In this document: in pieces, positions 37,352 through 46,617 of the stretch
Numbering within the stretch: position 1 is the stretch's first letter
How the letters are laid out: each line of letters starts with the position of its first letter
NCBI GenBank assembly: GCA_021786105.1
Contig: JAJYNW010000026.1
Coordinates: 25,072 to 89,071, forward strand
DNA: 64,000 nt
Origin: a bacterium
GTDB taxonomy: Bacteria; Patescibacteriota; Microgenomatia; Daviesbacterales; UBA10151
Direction of reading: 5' to 3'
Program-made: the position numbers and the translations under genes
The notes under the pieces: generated by a model
Seen by the model: the letters and a program-made list of their open reading frames with translations, nothing else
Told to the model about the DNA's origin: nothing
The model's database searches: none

Positions 37352-37980
37352 TGGCTATCGCAATGCTTATTTTTATGGATGAATCCGGTGACACTGGATT
37401 TAAGTTTGGTAAAACTTCCAGTAAGTTTTTCGTTTTAGTTATCGTGATTTTTGATAGTTTGAGTGTTGCCGAAGAAGCAAACGAAGCCGTAAAGAAAGTC
37501 AGAAAAGAGTTAAAACTGCCAGAGAATTTTGAGTTTAAGTTTAGCACCGGTACATCAGATAAGGTGAAACGTGCTTTCTTACAAAAATTATCTAAATACA
37601 ATTTTCGTTATAGAACAGTGATTGTTGATAAAACCATCCTTGCCAAGCGTGAACCTTTACACCCCAAAGACAGTTTATACATGCTGGTTGCAGATCATCT
37701 CTTTTTAAGAGCGGAGGAGCGAATGAAAAACGCTTCTATTTTTATAGATCGTATTTCTAAATCCTTTGTGGATGATTTTGATGGTTATTTAAGAAAACGA
37801 CTAAACACTAATATTGAAAAGATTATCGGGAGAGTAAAACATCAGGACTCAAGAAGTAATAATTTACTCCAACTTGCCGATATGGTTTGCGGGGCAATTT
37901 ATCGAAAATACAATCGTAGTGATGATAAGTTCTACAAGATTATCAAAAAAAGAGAGGAAGATTTATGGAAACCTTATTGA
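37351..37980 (+). CDS. DUF3800 protein
   Basis: IFMDESGD...S----LQLADMVCG. Confidence 0.85.
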   Translation: MAIAMLIFMDESGDTGFKFGKTSSKFFVLVIVIFDSLSVAEEANEAVKKVRKELKLPENFEFKFSTGTSDKVKRAFLQKLSKYNFRYRTVIVDKTILAKREPLHPKDSLYMLVADHLFLRAEERMKNASIFIDRISKSFVDDFDGYLRKRLNTNIEKIIGRVKHQDSRSNNLLQLADMVCGAIYRKYNRSDDKFYKIIKKREEDLWKPY

Positions 37981-37984
37981 GTAG

Positions 37985-38082
37985 GAAAAAGTCGATCTCT
38001 GTGGCCAAGACGGATCACTTTTTATGGTGCCGACATTCGCTCCCTAACAGTAAGGTACTTTCACCACTGAGATCATTCGGTA
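37985..38082 (-). ncRNA. Candidate DUF3800-associated structured RNA
   Basis: Closing stem 37994-38004/38064-38074; convergent TTGATT-17-TATATT promoter at 38116-38088. Confidence 0.5.
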
Positions 38083-38125
38083 ACTGTAATATAGCAAATA
38101 TTGGGTCAAAAATCAAGGGGAAATT

Positions 38126-39643
38126 ATGAGAGCTTTAATCTATGTTAGGGTTTCAACAGACGAACAGGCCGATAAAGGCTTATCGTTACCTGCCCAGCAG
38201 GAAGCCTGTTTAGAATACATAAAAATTAAGCATTGGACTATTGACCCTAAAAAAGACATCTTTGTTGACGCCGGAGAATCAGCACGAACCGCTAATCGCC
38301 CAGCCCTCCAAGAAATGCTATCCCGCTGTAAGAAAGATAAAGAAGTCAATGTAGTTTTGGTCCATAAACTCGACAGGTTAGCCCGCAATGTAGCCGACCA
38401 CGCGGCTATAAGGGGAATCCTGCGAAAATATGATATACAGCTTTGTTCTGTTGTTGAGCCTGTTGATGACAGCCCCACGGGAGCGCTTCTTGAAAATATT
38501 ATGGCTTCCGTTGCAGAGTTCTATTCTGCTAATCTAGGACAGGAGGTAAAAAAAGGAATGAAGCAGGTACTTAAACAGGGGAGGTATCCGGGACGTGCGC
38601 CTGTCGGTTATCTTAATAAGGATATATTTGAGTCGGACGGCACTGTTACCAAAACAATAATTATGGATGCGATCAAAGCCCCTGCAATCCAGCAGGCTTT
38701 CAGAGTATTTGCCACTAACCAATGGACTCAAGAACAGTTATGCGATGAGCTTAATAAAAACGGCTTTAAGACGTTTTTTAATAATGGAGTAAGACCATGG
38801 AAATTGCACGGTATCCTCACAAACAAATTTTATATGGGTATTGTTGTGTGGGGCGGAGAAGAAGTGCAGGGAACCCATGAACCCTTGGTGTCTCCCGAAC
38901 TATTTTACCGAGTGCAAGACGTCTTGAGAATAAGGACTAAGAATACAACTCGCCAAAGAGCGGCAATGTTTTCTCTAAGGAGAATTCTTTATTGCCCCAA
39001 GTGTGGCAATAGATATGTTGCAGAAACCCACAAAGGCGGGCGGTTCAGCTATTATCGCTGTAGCTCCGCTTCCCGCTATGGTATGCACTGTGACCAAAAA
39101 ATGGCGGCGGAAAAAGATTTATTAGCACAGATTCTTGAAATCTTCAAACAAGTGGAGCTCCCCGAAGAACTTGTTACCCTTGCAAAAATGAACGTTAAAA
39201 AACTAGAGGAAGATCGAGTAAGCGGAGTAACAAATGAACGCAGGCACTTGCGGGAAAGAATAAGTAAACTTGAAGAAAAACAGCAGAAACTTCTTGATGA
39301 CCGGCTGGAAGGTCTTATTGATAAAGAACTATGCTACCAAAAGCTAGCCCTAATCAAAAGAGATATTGACCTTGCCAACGTAAGGCTTAATGAAATCCAA
39401 CAGGAGAACGACGCAAGCTTTGTCGCTCTTAATAAAACAATTGATGTTTTAGGAAATATCTACGAGATATACAAAATGTCCGACCCGCCAAGGCGTACTC
39501 TTTATAACCAATCTTTCTTCGAAAAGATCATGGTTGACCAAAAACGAATTACCGAGATAAAATGGCGTGCACCGTTTAGCTCGTTATATCGGGATAAACG
39601 TGATTCTGGTTTACCCCCCTATGGAGCGGGAGAGGGGATTTGA
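38126..39643 (+). CDS. Large serine recombinase (integrase)
   Basis: YVRVSTDEQ, KLDRLARN, recombinase domain, CPKCG...YYRC...C zinc ribbon, coiled coil. Confidence 0.95.
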   Translation: MRALIYVRVSTDEQADKGLSLPAQQEACLEYIKIKHWTIDPKKDIFVDAGESARTANRPALQEMLSRCKKDKEVNVVLVHKLDRLARNVADHAAIRGILRKYDIQLCSVVEPVDDSPTGALLENIMASVAEFYSANLGQEVKKGMKQVLKQGRYPGRAPVGYLNKDIFESDGTVTKTIIMDAIKAPAIQQAFRVFATNQWTQEQLCDELNKNGFKTFFNNGVRPWKLHGILTNKFYMGIVVWGGEEVQGTHEPLVSPELFYRVQDVLRIRTKNTTRQRAAMFSLRRILYCPKCGNRYVAETHKGGRFSYYRCSSASRYGMHCDQKMAAEKDLLAQILEIFKQVELPEELVTLAKMNVKKLEEDRVSGVTNERRHLRERISKLEEKQQKLLDDRLEGLIDKELCYQKLALIKRDIDLANVRLNEIQQENDASFVALNKTIDVLGNIYEIYKMSDPPRRTLYNQSFFEKIMVDQKRITEIKWRAPFSSLYRDKRDSGLPPYGAGEGI

Positions 39644-39696
39644 ACCCCCGACATCCTCGTTGGCAACGAGGCACTCTACCACTGAGTTACTCCCGC
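39622..39696 (-). tRNA. tRNA-Gly(GCC), integration target
   Basis: Cloverleaf, CCTCG-TT-GCC-AA-CGAGG, CCA end. Confidence 0.95.
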
Positions 39697-39754
39697 AAAC
39701 ATATAAACACTCAACTCTAAATTGTATCTCAAACCGCTATTTCTGCTATGCAGA

Positions 39755-39828
39755 AACGAGGCACTCTTCCTGGGCGTCATTTAGACTCCCGTCCGCACTT
39801 CGTGCATGACCCACTGAGTTACTCCCGC
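39755..39828 (-). other. Copy of the tRNA-Gly 5' part with a 43-nt D-loop insertion
   Basis: Exact match to the tRNA on both sides of insert 39768-39810. Confidence 0.8.
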
Positions 39829-39834
39829 AAAAAG

Positions 39835-39907
39835 TGCCGCAGACTTGAGTTGCACAAGTATAAAACGCTCTTCAGGCGCTCGCCGTGACTACCTTGGCTA
39901 CTGCGGC
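39835..39907 (-). tRNA. tRNA-Phe(GAA) with atypical T-loop
   Basis: GCCGCAG/CTGCGGC acceptor, AGCGC-CT-GAA-GA-GCGTT arm, ACTTG-TGCAACT-CAAGT T-arm. Confidence 0.75.
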
Positions 39908-40371
39908 AATTTACAATAGTTCTCTGTTTGAGAATGACAATTAGGACACAAGAAACAAAGATTTTCAGGTCGATTATCTAATGGATTACTATTAATATGC
40001 TCTACTTCTAATCGTATCAGCTTATCTCTCCACTTTGATAATTGACATTCACTACATTTATATTCTCTGCCTATCTCCAGAAGTGCCCTTCTTAATAATT
40101 TTCCTCTTGCCCTAATGCCACTATTTTGAACGACCAGTATTTGTTGGGGTGTTTTTTTAGCCGATCCACCAACATGATTTTTACCTTGATTCCAGGCCTG
40201 CCCTAAAAAGTGCGAGTTATCTATTTTATAATATTTAATTCTACCAATTAAATATGTTCTGAGAGCACCCGATGTCAAAGAAGCCCCTAATGTCCGCATC
40301 ACTCCTAGCATTGAGACATTATTTTTCACTGCTTTCTCTAAAATCTCTCGGGTATATTTCAGCTTTGACAC
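39898..40371 (-). CDS. HNH endonuclease
   Basis: CSEC...LEVEHINSN--DNR-ENL--LCPNCHS; GTG start 6 nt after TATAAT. Confidence 0.9.
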   Translation of the reverse strand: MSKLKYTREILEKAVKNNVSMLGVMRTLGASLTSGALRTYLIGRIKYYKIDNSHFLGQAWNQGKNHVGGSAKKTPQQILVVQNSGIRARGKLLRRALLEIGREYKCSECQLSKWRDKLIRLEVEHINSNPLDNRPENLCFLCPNCHSQTENYCKLPQ

Positions 40372-40493
40372 CTTACTATTATAACATTTGTTAGGTGCCT
40401 TGCCCATAATGAAAATCATGCCTAGTTATATTTTAATGTGCCACCAGATTCTACATCATTTCCTGAAAAAATTGAAGAGAAAGAAAAGAATAA

Positions 40494-42293
40494 CTATTTC
40501 ACCGTTACACTTTTGGCAATATTACGCGGCTTGTCGACATTATGCCCTAATTCCACCGCCATGTAATAAGCCAACAGCTGCAAGGGGATTATATTCATAA
40601 TTGCCGAAGTTTCACCGGTATCAGGAACCGGGATATGGTAATCAAATCCGGCATAAGGAGCAGGGGAAATTCCAATCACCGTTGCCCCCCGCGCCTTTAC
40701 TTGATTAACTGCATTCAACACATCATCCTTGGCCAAATCTTCTGAAACCACCACAATTACCGGCACCCCTTTTTCCATGAGAGTTATAGCATAATGTTTT
40801 AAGTCTCCAGCCGGAATACCGTGGGCATGAATGTATGAACCTTCAATCATCTTGATCATTCCTTCTTTAACAATATTAAAGTTTTGATATTTACCCAGTA
40901 AAAATACGTCTTTTTTCTTTGCCAGCTCCTTGGCCAAATTTCTGATTTGTTCATGGTTAGAACCGGAGTCCAAATATTTTTGCATTACCTGGACCAAGTC
41001 CTGCAAATTCTTCATACCTTCTTCAGTTTTACCAGCGGCTGCTTTGGCCACCAAATATCCCCAGGCAATTTGCGAAGTAAAAACCTTAGTAGACATTACA
41101 CAAATTTCCGGCCCGGCATTGGCCATAAATTTATAATCCGAAACCCGGGTCATGGTAGAGCCGGGCATATTAACATAAGAAGCGATCTTAACTTTTTTCT
41201 TTTTGGCTATTTCCAGAACCTCCAAAACATCAGCTGTTTCACCTGACTGCGAAGGAGTAATAATCATGTCCTCGTCACTGAACAAATCAGAATAATCCAG
41301 AGCTTCCGCGGCAATCAAACCTACTGCATTAATTTTGGCAAAAACTCTCAGATAAAAGGCAATCTGTGAAGCCGCAACGCCGGCTGTTCCCATACTGAGC
41401 GTATAAACTCTTTCAACCCTCTTCACTGATTTAATAAAATCATTTAAGGAACTTTTATTCTGATAAATAACTTGATTTACTACATAAGGGCTTTCGTGAA
41501 TTTCCTTGAGCATAAAGTGATCGTAACCTTCCTTATCCACCTTGCTGCTTTGGAAATTAATTTTTTCAGGATGATAGGGGAGAGTTTTATTGGATTTAAT
41601 ATCCACCAGATCCAGCTTACCATTCCAAGTAACCATCTGGCCGTTTTCTACCACCACCACATCACTAACATGCGGCGCAAAAGATAAAGTATCAGACGAG
41701 AAAAATACCTCCTTTTCTCCTAAACCCACCACCAGCGGAGAGCCGTTCCTGGCAGCAATAATTTGACTGTCTTTAGTTAAAACAATAATGGTATTTCTGC
41801 CTTCCAAATCCAAGAAAGCAGACCGGATAGCCTCATATAAATCATGAGATTCTTCGCTTCGCTCAGAATGACGGAGGGGGAGAAGCTTATCTTCTATCAG
41901 CCTGACTATAACTTCTGTATCTGTTTCTGTTTCAAATTTATAATCTTTCTTTTCCAAATCTTTCTTTAAATTTTGATAATTCTCCACAATACCATTCTGG
42001 GCTAACACAAAACTTTTATCGGTAGAGTAGTGAGGGTGGGCATTGGTTTTCGAAATTCCACCGTGAGTAGCCCAGCGGGTGTGACCAATTCCAATATTCG
42101 AGTTAATAGTTGAGAGTTCAGAGTTAAGAGTGTCTAAGTCGCCAATAGCGCCGGTTTGCTTATTGACCTTAATTTGATCAACCAGGACTGCGATTCCCCA
42201 GGAATCATAACCGCGGTATTCCAACCTTTTTAAACCCTCCAAAATTACCTCTGAAGCATTTTTGGAGCCACAATAACCGAATATTCCACACAT
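40494..42293 (-). CDS. glmS: Glutamine-fructose-6-phosphate aminotransferase
   Basis: MCGIFG start, GHTRWATHG, SQSGETAD, PRNIAKSVTVK. Confidence 0.97.
   Translation of the reverse strand: MCGIFGYCGSKNASEVILEGLKRLEYRGYDSWGIAVLVDQIKVNKQTGAIGDLDTLNSELSTINSNIGIGHTRWATHGGISKTNAHPHYSTDKSFVLAQNGIVENYQNLKKDLEKKDYKFETETDTEVIVRLIEDKLLPLRHSERSEESHDLYEAIRSAFLDLEGRNTIIVLTKDSQIIAARNGSPLVVGLGEKEVFFSSDTLSFAPHVSDVVVVENGQMVTWNGKLDLVDIKSNKTLPYHPEKINFQSSKVDKEGYDHFMLKEIHESPYVVNQVIYQNKSSLNDFIKSVKRVERVYTLSMGTAGVAASQIAFYLRVFAKINAVGLIAAEALDYSDLFSDEDMIITPSQSGETADVLEVLEIAKKKKVKIASYVNMPGSTMTRVSDYKFMANAGPEICVMSTKVFTSQIAWGYLVAKAAAGKTEEGMKNLQDLVQVMQKYLDSGSNHEQIRNLAKELAKKKDVFLLGKYQNFNIVKEGMIKMIEGSYIHAHGIPAGDLKHYAITLMEKGVPVIVVVSEDLAKDDVLNAVNQVKARGATVIGISPAPYAGFDYHIPVPDTGETSAIMNIIPLQLLAYYMAVELGHNVDKPRNIAKSVTVK
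41846..41872. repeat. REP-like unit inside glmS
   Basis: GAGATTCTTCGCTTCGCTCAGAATGAC, 2 mismatches from intergenic 56393-56419. Confidence 0.8.
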
Positions 42294-42337
42294 TCTCAAA
42301 CGATTATAGCGCAAAGCGATACCAGAAGTGAAGCGGG

Positions 42338-42410
42338 TGGGCAGTGAGGGATTCGAACCCCCGACATCTACAGTGTAAATGTAGCGCTCTACCAACTGAG
42401 CTAACTGCCC
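42338..42410 (-). tRNA. tRNA-Val(TAC)
   Basis: Cloverleaf, CTACA-TT-TAC-AC-TGTAG. Confidence 0.95.
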
Positions 42411-42458
42411 AAATATTACCTAAATCAAATTAATGTACTCAATACAAAAGCCTTCGGC

Positions 42459-42570
42459 AGCGCTCTTCCTGGGATAACACTAATTTTAAACTATCCGCTG
42501 GTCGCGGATTAGTTTGTAGTTATCCCATTTAAGTCGATTTACGACTTTAACCCAACTGAGCTAACTGCCC
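42459..42570 (-). other. Copy of the tRNA-Val 5' part with an 85-nt D-loop insertion
   Basis: Exact match to the tRNA on both sides of insert 42467-42551. Confidence 0.8.
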
Positions 42571-42581
42571 CAAAAAATAAC

Positions 42582-42667
42582 TGGTGCCGGGAAGAGGAGT
42601 TGAACCTCCACGCCCTTGCGGGCACTACCACCTCAAGGTAGCGTGTATACCATTTCACCATCCCGGC
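42582..42667 (-). tRNA. tRNA-Leu(GAG)
   Basis: Cloverleaf with long variable arm, CCA end. Confidence 0.95.
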
Positions 42668-42716
42668 TTGCCGGACGAATCCAACTGGATAATTTTAGCA
42701 GTTTAGCTTAGGCATA

Positions 42717-43928
42717 TCAATCTGAAGGAAGATAGGGAAATTTAGAACGCAAGCGATTGATGGAGCCTGATTTTCCCAAAAGCATTGGACTTGAAGAAGA
42801 GAACGGGATAAACCTGTCATCGGTTTTGGACCGACTCCGATTTAACCTCGACTGATTAAGCGAAGTCTCTTTATGGTAAAGGCTTAAATACTTTCTGGCT
42901 GCAGTTTGTGGAGAAAACTGGCTTTCAACACGTTTCCGGCATTTTTGACGGTCAATTTCCTTAACTTTAAGAAGCGATTTAAGCAGACCAGTCCTACAGC
43001 TAGCCAAAAATCCCGTTTCTCTGTCTTTAATCACCTCCGGAATAGCTCCCTTGCTATAGGAAACCACTGGCGTACCGCAAGCCATCGACTCTACAATCAC
43101 CATCCCAAAAGGCTCATTCCAATCAATTGGGTTTAAAAAAGCTTTGGCCCCGCCCAAAAGTTTATTTTTTAGCTTCAAATCAGCCAAGCCTAGATATTGA
43201 ATCTGTTTGCCGTCTATCAACGGTTTTACTTCTCTTTCAAAATACTTGACTGATTTTTCCTGATGTTTATCAATATATCCGGCAAAGATAAACTGCTCTC
43301 CAACCATTTTGGCAATCTTAATTGCCTCGGCCGTACCTTTCTCAGGGATAATTTTACCCAGCCAGGTTAAATAACTTCCTCCCTTGGAATTAAACTTCAT
43401 TTTAGTAATATCCAAACTGTTATAGACAAAGCCTCCGTCCCTAAATTGCTTGGGCAAGGTTTTTTGCATGGCCCCGGAAATATTAACTGCCAGGATTTTC
43501 TTGGCATAAAGATCAAGAAACATCTTATCCATATTGGAAAACTTGTCAAAAGGCCAGGGGGAGTGAATTGTCATCAAATTTGGAATACCGCTTTGGGTTA
43601 AATCTGCCAAGAAAGGCAGGAGGATCAAATCTGTTTCAGAAGCCAGATGAGCATGAACAACATCATATTTGGGGGCCATTTTAAAAGCTTGATGGTAGTG
43701 AATTAAGGCTGGCAAAGCAGCTGTCCAGGAAACGCCCTGATCTAAAAGGCTTTTTTTAAAAACATACTTAACTTTACCGGCAACTTTGGAACTTCTTGTT
43801 GCAAACAGAGTTACATTATGTCCCAAATCGGATAAGCCTTTAATCAAATTAGCAATAACCCACTCTGTCCCGCCGTAAGCCTTAGGAGGTATATTAGCCC
43901 AAGCCGGCGCAATCTGGAGAATCTTCAT
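42717..43928 (-). CDS. GT4 glycosyltransferase
   Basis: MKILQIAP...PP--YGGTE, EPFGMVIVESMACGTPV. Confidence 0.92.
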   Translation of the reverse strand: MKILQIAPAWANIPPKAYGGTEWVIANLIKGLSDLGHNVTLFATRSSKVAGKVKYVFKKSLLDQGVSWTAALPALIHYHQAFKMAPKYDVVHAHLASETDLILLPFLADLTQSGIPNLMTIHSPWPFDKFSNMDKMFLDLYAKKILAVNISGAMQKTLPKQFRDGGFVYNSLDITKMKFNSKGGSYLTWLGKIIPEKGTAEAIKIAKMVGEQFIFAGYIDKHQEKSVKYFEREVKPLIDGKQIQYLGLADLKLKNKLLGGAKAFLNPIDWNEPFGMVIVESMACGTPVVSYSKGAIPEVIKDRETGFLASCRTGLLKSLLKVKEIDRQKCRKRVESQFSPQTAARKYLSLYHKETSLNQSRLNRSRSKTDDRFIPFSSSSPMLLGKSGSINRLRSKFPYLPSD

Positions 43929-43997
43929 AGAATTAAAACATCTTAGCAATTTAAATTAAGAGTAGCTCTGGAATTTTGTAAGATTTCTGTAAAAATT

Positions 43998-45299
43998 TTA
44001 AGTCAGCCAATCAAGGGTCGAGGCGGCAGACCAAGCTTGAACCTTACAGCCGGTTTGACCAGCCGGAGACAGGTATTCTAAAAAATTACCCTGATCGTCT
44101 TTCATGTAAAGCTCAATCGGGGAGTTAAAATGATAAATCGGTTTTAAAGAAGCTTTTTTGAGTAAGTCAGCCTTATCTAAAAATCCAAAGTTTTCCAATC
44201 CTTCGCTAACCAACCCATTTAATACCGGCCAAAAACTGCCATTATGATATGAGTCGCGGTTGGGGTTAAAAGTCGGAGAAAGTATGCTCATGGTTCGGAT
44301 CCCGGCATCAGGATCAAACAAGTCAGACCAAAAAGCCCGATGTACCATACTTTCAATAAAATCATCTTCAATAATACACTCAGTCTTTTTTCCTGATTTA
44401 TCCGCTGCCCACAAACAAATCAATGGATTACCGGTAACTGTTCTAATTAGCCTCTTATTACCATCAATGGCTTGTCCGGCAAAATGAAAATTCCCGTCTT
44501 CAAAGAGAGAATCTTCTTCGAAGATAAACAGTTTATTAAACATCTGTTTCATCTGGGCTGCCTGGCTCTCCAGCTTTCCGGCAAAAGAAGGAGCGCTTTC
44601 AGAAAAAAACCTGGACCATAATCTTAAAGCTAGCCAGGCGTATCCTTGAGCTTCTACCGGGGAAATCGGGTACTTGGGAAATAAACCATTCACATCTCTT
44701 AACGACTCGTGTGAATCAGTCCAGGACTGGACTACTAATCCGCCATATCTTCTGTCCGATTCCAAAGCATAATCTATTAACCCGTCTTTATCCTTATCTC
44801 CAAAAGTGATGATCCAATTTATGGCCATCTCAACATGCGGCATTACTCTCATCAAAAACTCATTATCGCCGGCTACCTGCCAATATTTGTAAAGGGCGAT
44901 TAAAATCAAAGGGGTCGAATCCAAAGAATCAAAATTCCGCAAATGCCCATCCGGATAAAGATACCAAGGCTTAACCGACCGGGAAGTCAGGTGCTCAAAT
45001 TTTTCCTTGCGGAATTCATGGATAAATTTACCAGGTTCTTCGCCGCTTTCAATGTTAGTTTCCATTCCCTGGAGTTTACATAAAGTCAGCAAAGCTCTTC
45101 TGCAAACCCGCATCAGCTCCGGGGAAGGAGATTTTTGGTGTACTTTTAGAATCTTCAATATAGTAAGTGCGCTATCCCGGCCAAAAATACAGCCATAGGC
45201 TTCATCTTTACCGGAAGCATTAATACCCTCTTCAGTGGCTAAACTAAGCAGATTTTGCAAAATTACGTCTCTAAAACTCGGAGGCTGGGCAGAATCCAT
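43998..45299 (-). CDS. Amylo-alpha-1,6-glucosidase-like glycoside hydrolase
   Basis: FGRDS, EEPGK--HE, DSTPL, SYHNGSFWP, QAWSA. Confidence 0.88.
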   Translation of the reverse strand: MDSAQPPSFRDVILQNLLSLATEEGINASGKDEAYGCIFGRDSALTILKILKVHQKSPSPELMRVCRRALLTLCKLQGMETNIESGEEPGKFIHEFRKEKFEHLTSRSVKPWYLYPDGHLRNFDSLDSTPLILIALYKYWQVAGDNEFLMRVMPHVEMAINWIITFGDKDKDGLIDYALESDRRYGGLVVQSWTDSHESLRDVNGLFPKYPISPVEAQGYAWLALRLWSRFFSESAPSFAGKLESQAAQMKQMFNKLFIFEEDSLFEDGNFHFAGQAIDGNKRLIRTVTGNPLICLWAADKSGKKTECIIEDDFIESMVHRAFWSDLFDPDAGIRTMSILSPTFNPNRDSYHNGSFWPVLNGLVSEGLENFGFLDKADLLKKASLKPIYHFNSPIELYMKDDQGNFLEYLSPAGQTGCKVQAWSAASTLDWLT

Positions 45300-45355
45300 T
45301 GGGATTTGTAATCTATATAATTTTTGAAGCTAAATCAAGAGGCAAAAAAACTTTT

Positions 45356-45443
45356 TGGTGCCGAAGAGAGGAGTTGAACCTCCACCCCGATTGCTCGGGA
45401 CAGCGCCCTGAACGCTGCGCGTCTGCCATTCCGCCACTTCGGC
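45356..45443 (-). tRNA. tRNA-Leu(CAG)
   Basis: Cloverleaf with long variable arm, CCA end. Confidence 0.95.
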
Positions 45444-45521
45444 TTGTATGCCATTCTAACACCTGGACTTACAATACACTTACACTGCTTATTTTAACAT
45501 CTCTGGTATAATTATTCCTTA

Positions 45522-46544
45522 ATGGCAAATCCAGCTAACAAAAAATATCCCTTCCAACAAAAGATTGTCACCTTTGGTGGAGGAACCGGCCACTTTTCAC
45601 TACTCAGAGGGTTAGTTGAATTAAACCAGCCGGAAGAAATTACCGCCATTGTTGGTACCTGGGACTCAGGCGGTTCATCAGGCAGGTTAAGAACCGAGCT
45701 GGGGGTTTTACCTCCCGGAGACATCAGGCAATGTTTATTAGCATTGATGGAAGACCCGAAACAACGCCAGGTAGCTCAAAAGCTTTTTGACGACAGACTG
45801 GCAGATGTAGACGGACCCTTAAAAGGGCATAGTTTGGGTAATTTAATCGCAGCCAGACTGGAGAATATTTATAAAGGGGCAGACCGAGGCGTGGAGGCAG
45901 AGCGGCTGCTTTTTAGAATCAGATCCCGGGTTTTACCAATTAGTATTTCCGAGCTAAATCTGATGGCCAGGCTTGAAGGCGGGGAAGAACTGGAAGGCGA
46001 AACGAATATTGATTTAAGAGGGCAAAAAGCCGGTTATGATGCCAAAAAGAGAATTACCAGAATTTATTTTGAAACAAATGCCGATCCTAACCCGGAAGCC
46101 ATCCAGACCATAATGGGCGCAGAAACAATTATTTTTTCCGCCGGTGACTTATATACCAGCGTTTTACCTCACCTTCTTGTGGCTGGGGTCAAGGAAGCAA
46201 TCGAAGCCTCAACAGCTAAAGTTATCTTAATACTGAATTTGATGACTAAAATGGGGGAAACGGATAATTTTAAGGCTTCAGATTATTTAAAAAACTTCCT
46301 GTATTATCTGGGAAATAACCGGATAAACGTGATTATTGCCAATTCCAACAACCTGGACACCGAAGTTTTAAAAGTTTACAAAAAGGACAAACAGCAACCG
46401 GTGAAGGTAGATGAAAGCGAATGCCAAAAAATTGCTCCTGATATCAAAATAATCCAGAAACCCTTAGCTGTTTATCACATTAGGGAACATCTTTTCCGCC
46501 ATGATCCACAAAGTTTGGCAAAGACCATCTTAGAACTTAATTAA
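45522..46544 (+). CDS. YvcK/GlmR (UPF0052) family protein
   Basis: GGGTG, DSGGSSGRLR, PPGDIR, GHSLGNL. Confidence 0.9.
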   Translation: MANPANKKYPFQQKIVTFGGGTGHFSLLRGLVELNQPEEITAIVGTWDSGGSSGRLRTELGVLPPGDIRQCLLALMEDPKQRQVAQKLFDDRLADVDGPLKGHSLGNLIAARLENIYKGADRGVEAERLLFRIRSRVLPISISELNLMARLEGGEELEGETNIDLRGQKAGYDAKKRITRIYFETNADPNPEAIQTIMGAETIIFSAGDLYTSVLPHLLVAGVKEAIEASTAKVILILNLMTKMGETDNFKASDYLKNFLYYLGNNRINVIIANSNNLDTEVLKVYKKDKQQPVKVDESECQKIAPDIKIIQKPLAVYHIREHLFRHDPQSLAKTILELN

Positions 46545-46617
46545 TCCACATTGACCCAGTAAGTTACGGTTGAAAAAAATAATTTTTCGGGCTACTATAC
46601 AAAAGGAAATTTTGCAG

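Larger units (their letters stand above)
9403..39627. mobile_element. Integrated virus-like element (~30.2 kb) in tRNA-Gly(GCC)
   Basis: TGGAGC core at 9403-9408 and 39622-39627; serine recombinase at right end, excisionase-like HTH at left end; repressor/Cro switch, lysis-like and virion-like genes. Confidence 0.85.

Noticed and set aside
9403-39627. Reading the element as an ICE or a standard tailed prophage
   Set aside because: No relaxase, VirB4/T4CP, terminase, portal, HK97 capsid or tape measure recognised; remote homology cannot be excluded without searches
39755-39828. tRNA-Gly fragment as the att duplication of the element
   Set aside because: It copies the 5' part, lies outside the element, and has a counterpart at tRNA-Val where no integrase is present
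42294-42395. N-terminal extension of GlmS in the ORF track
   Set aside because: Overlaps tRNA-Val; GlmS needs an N-terminal Cys (MCG at 42293)
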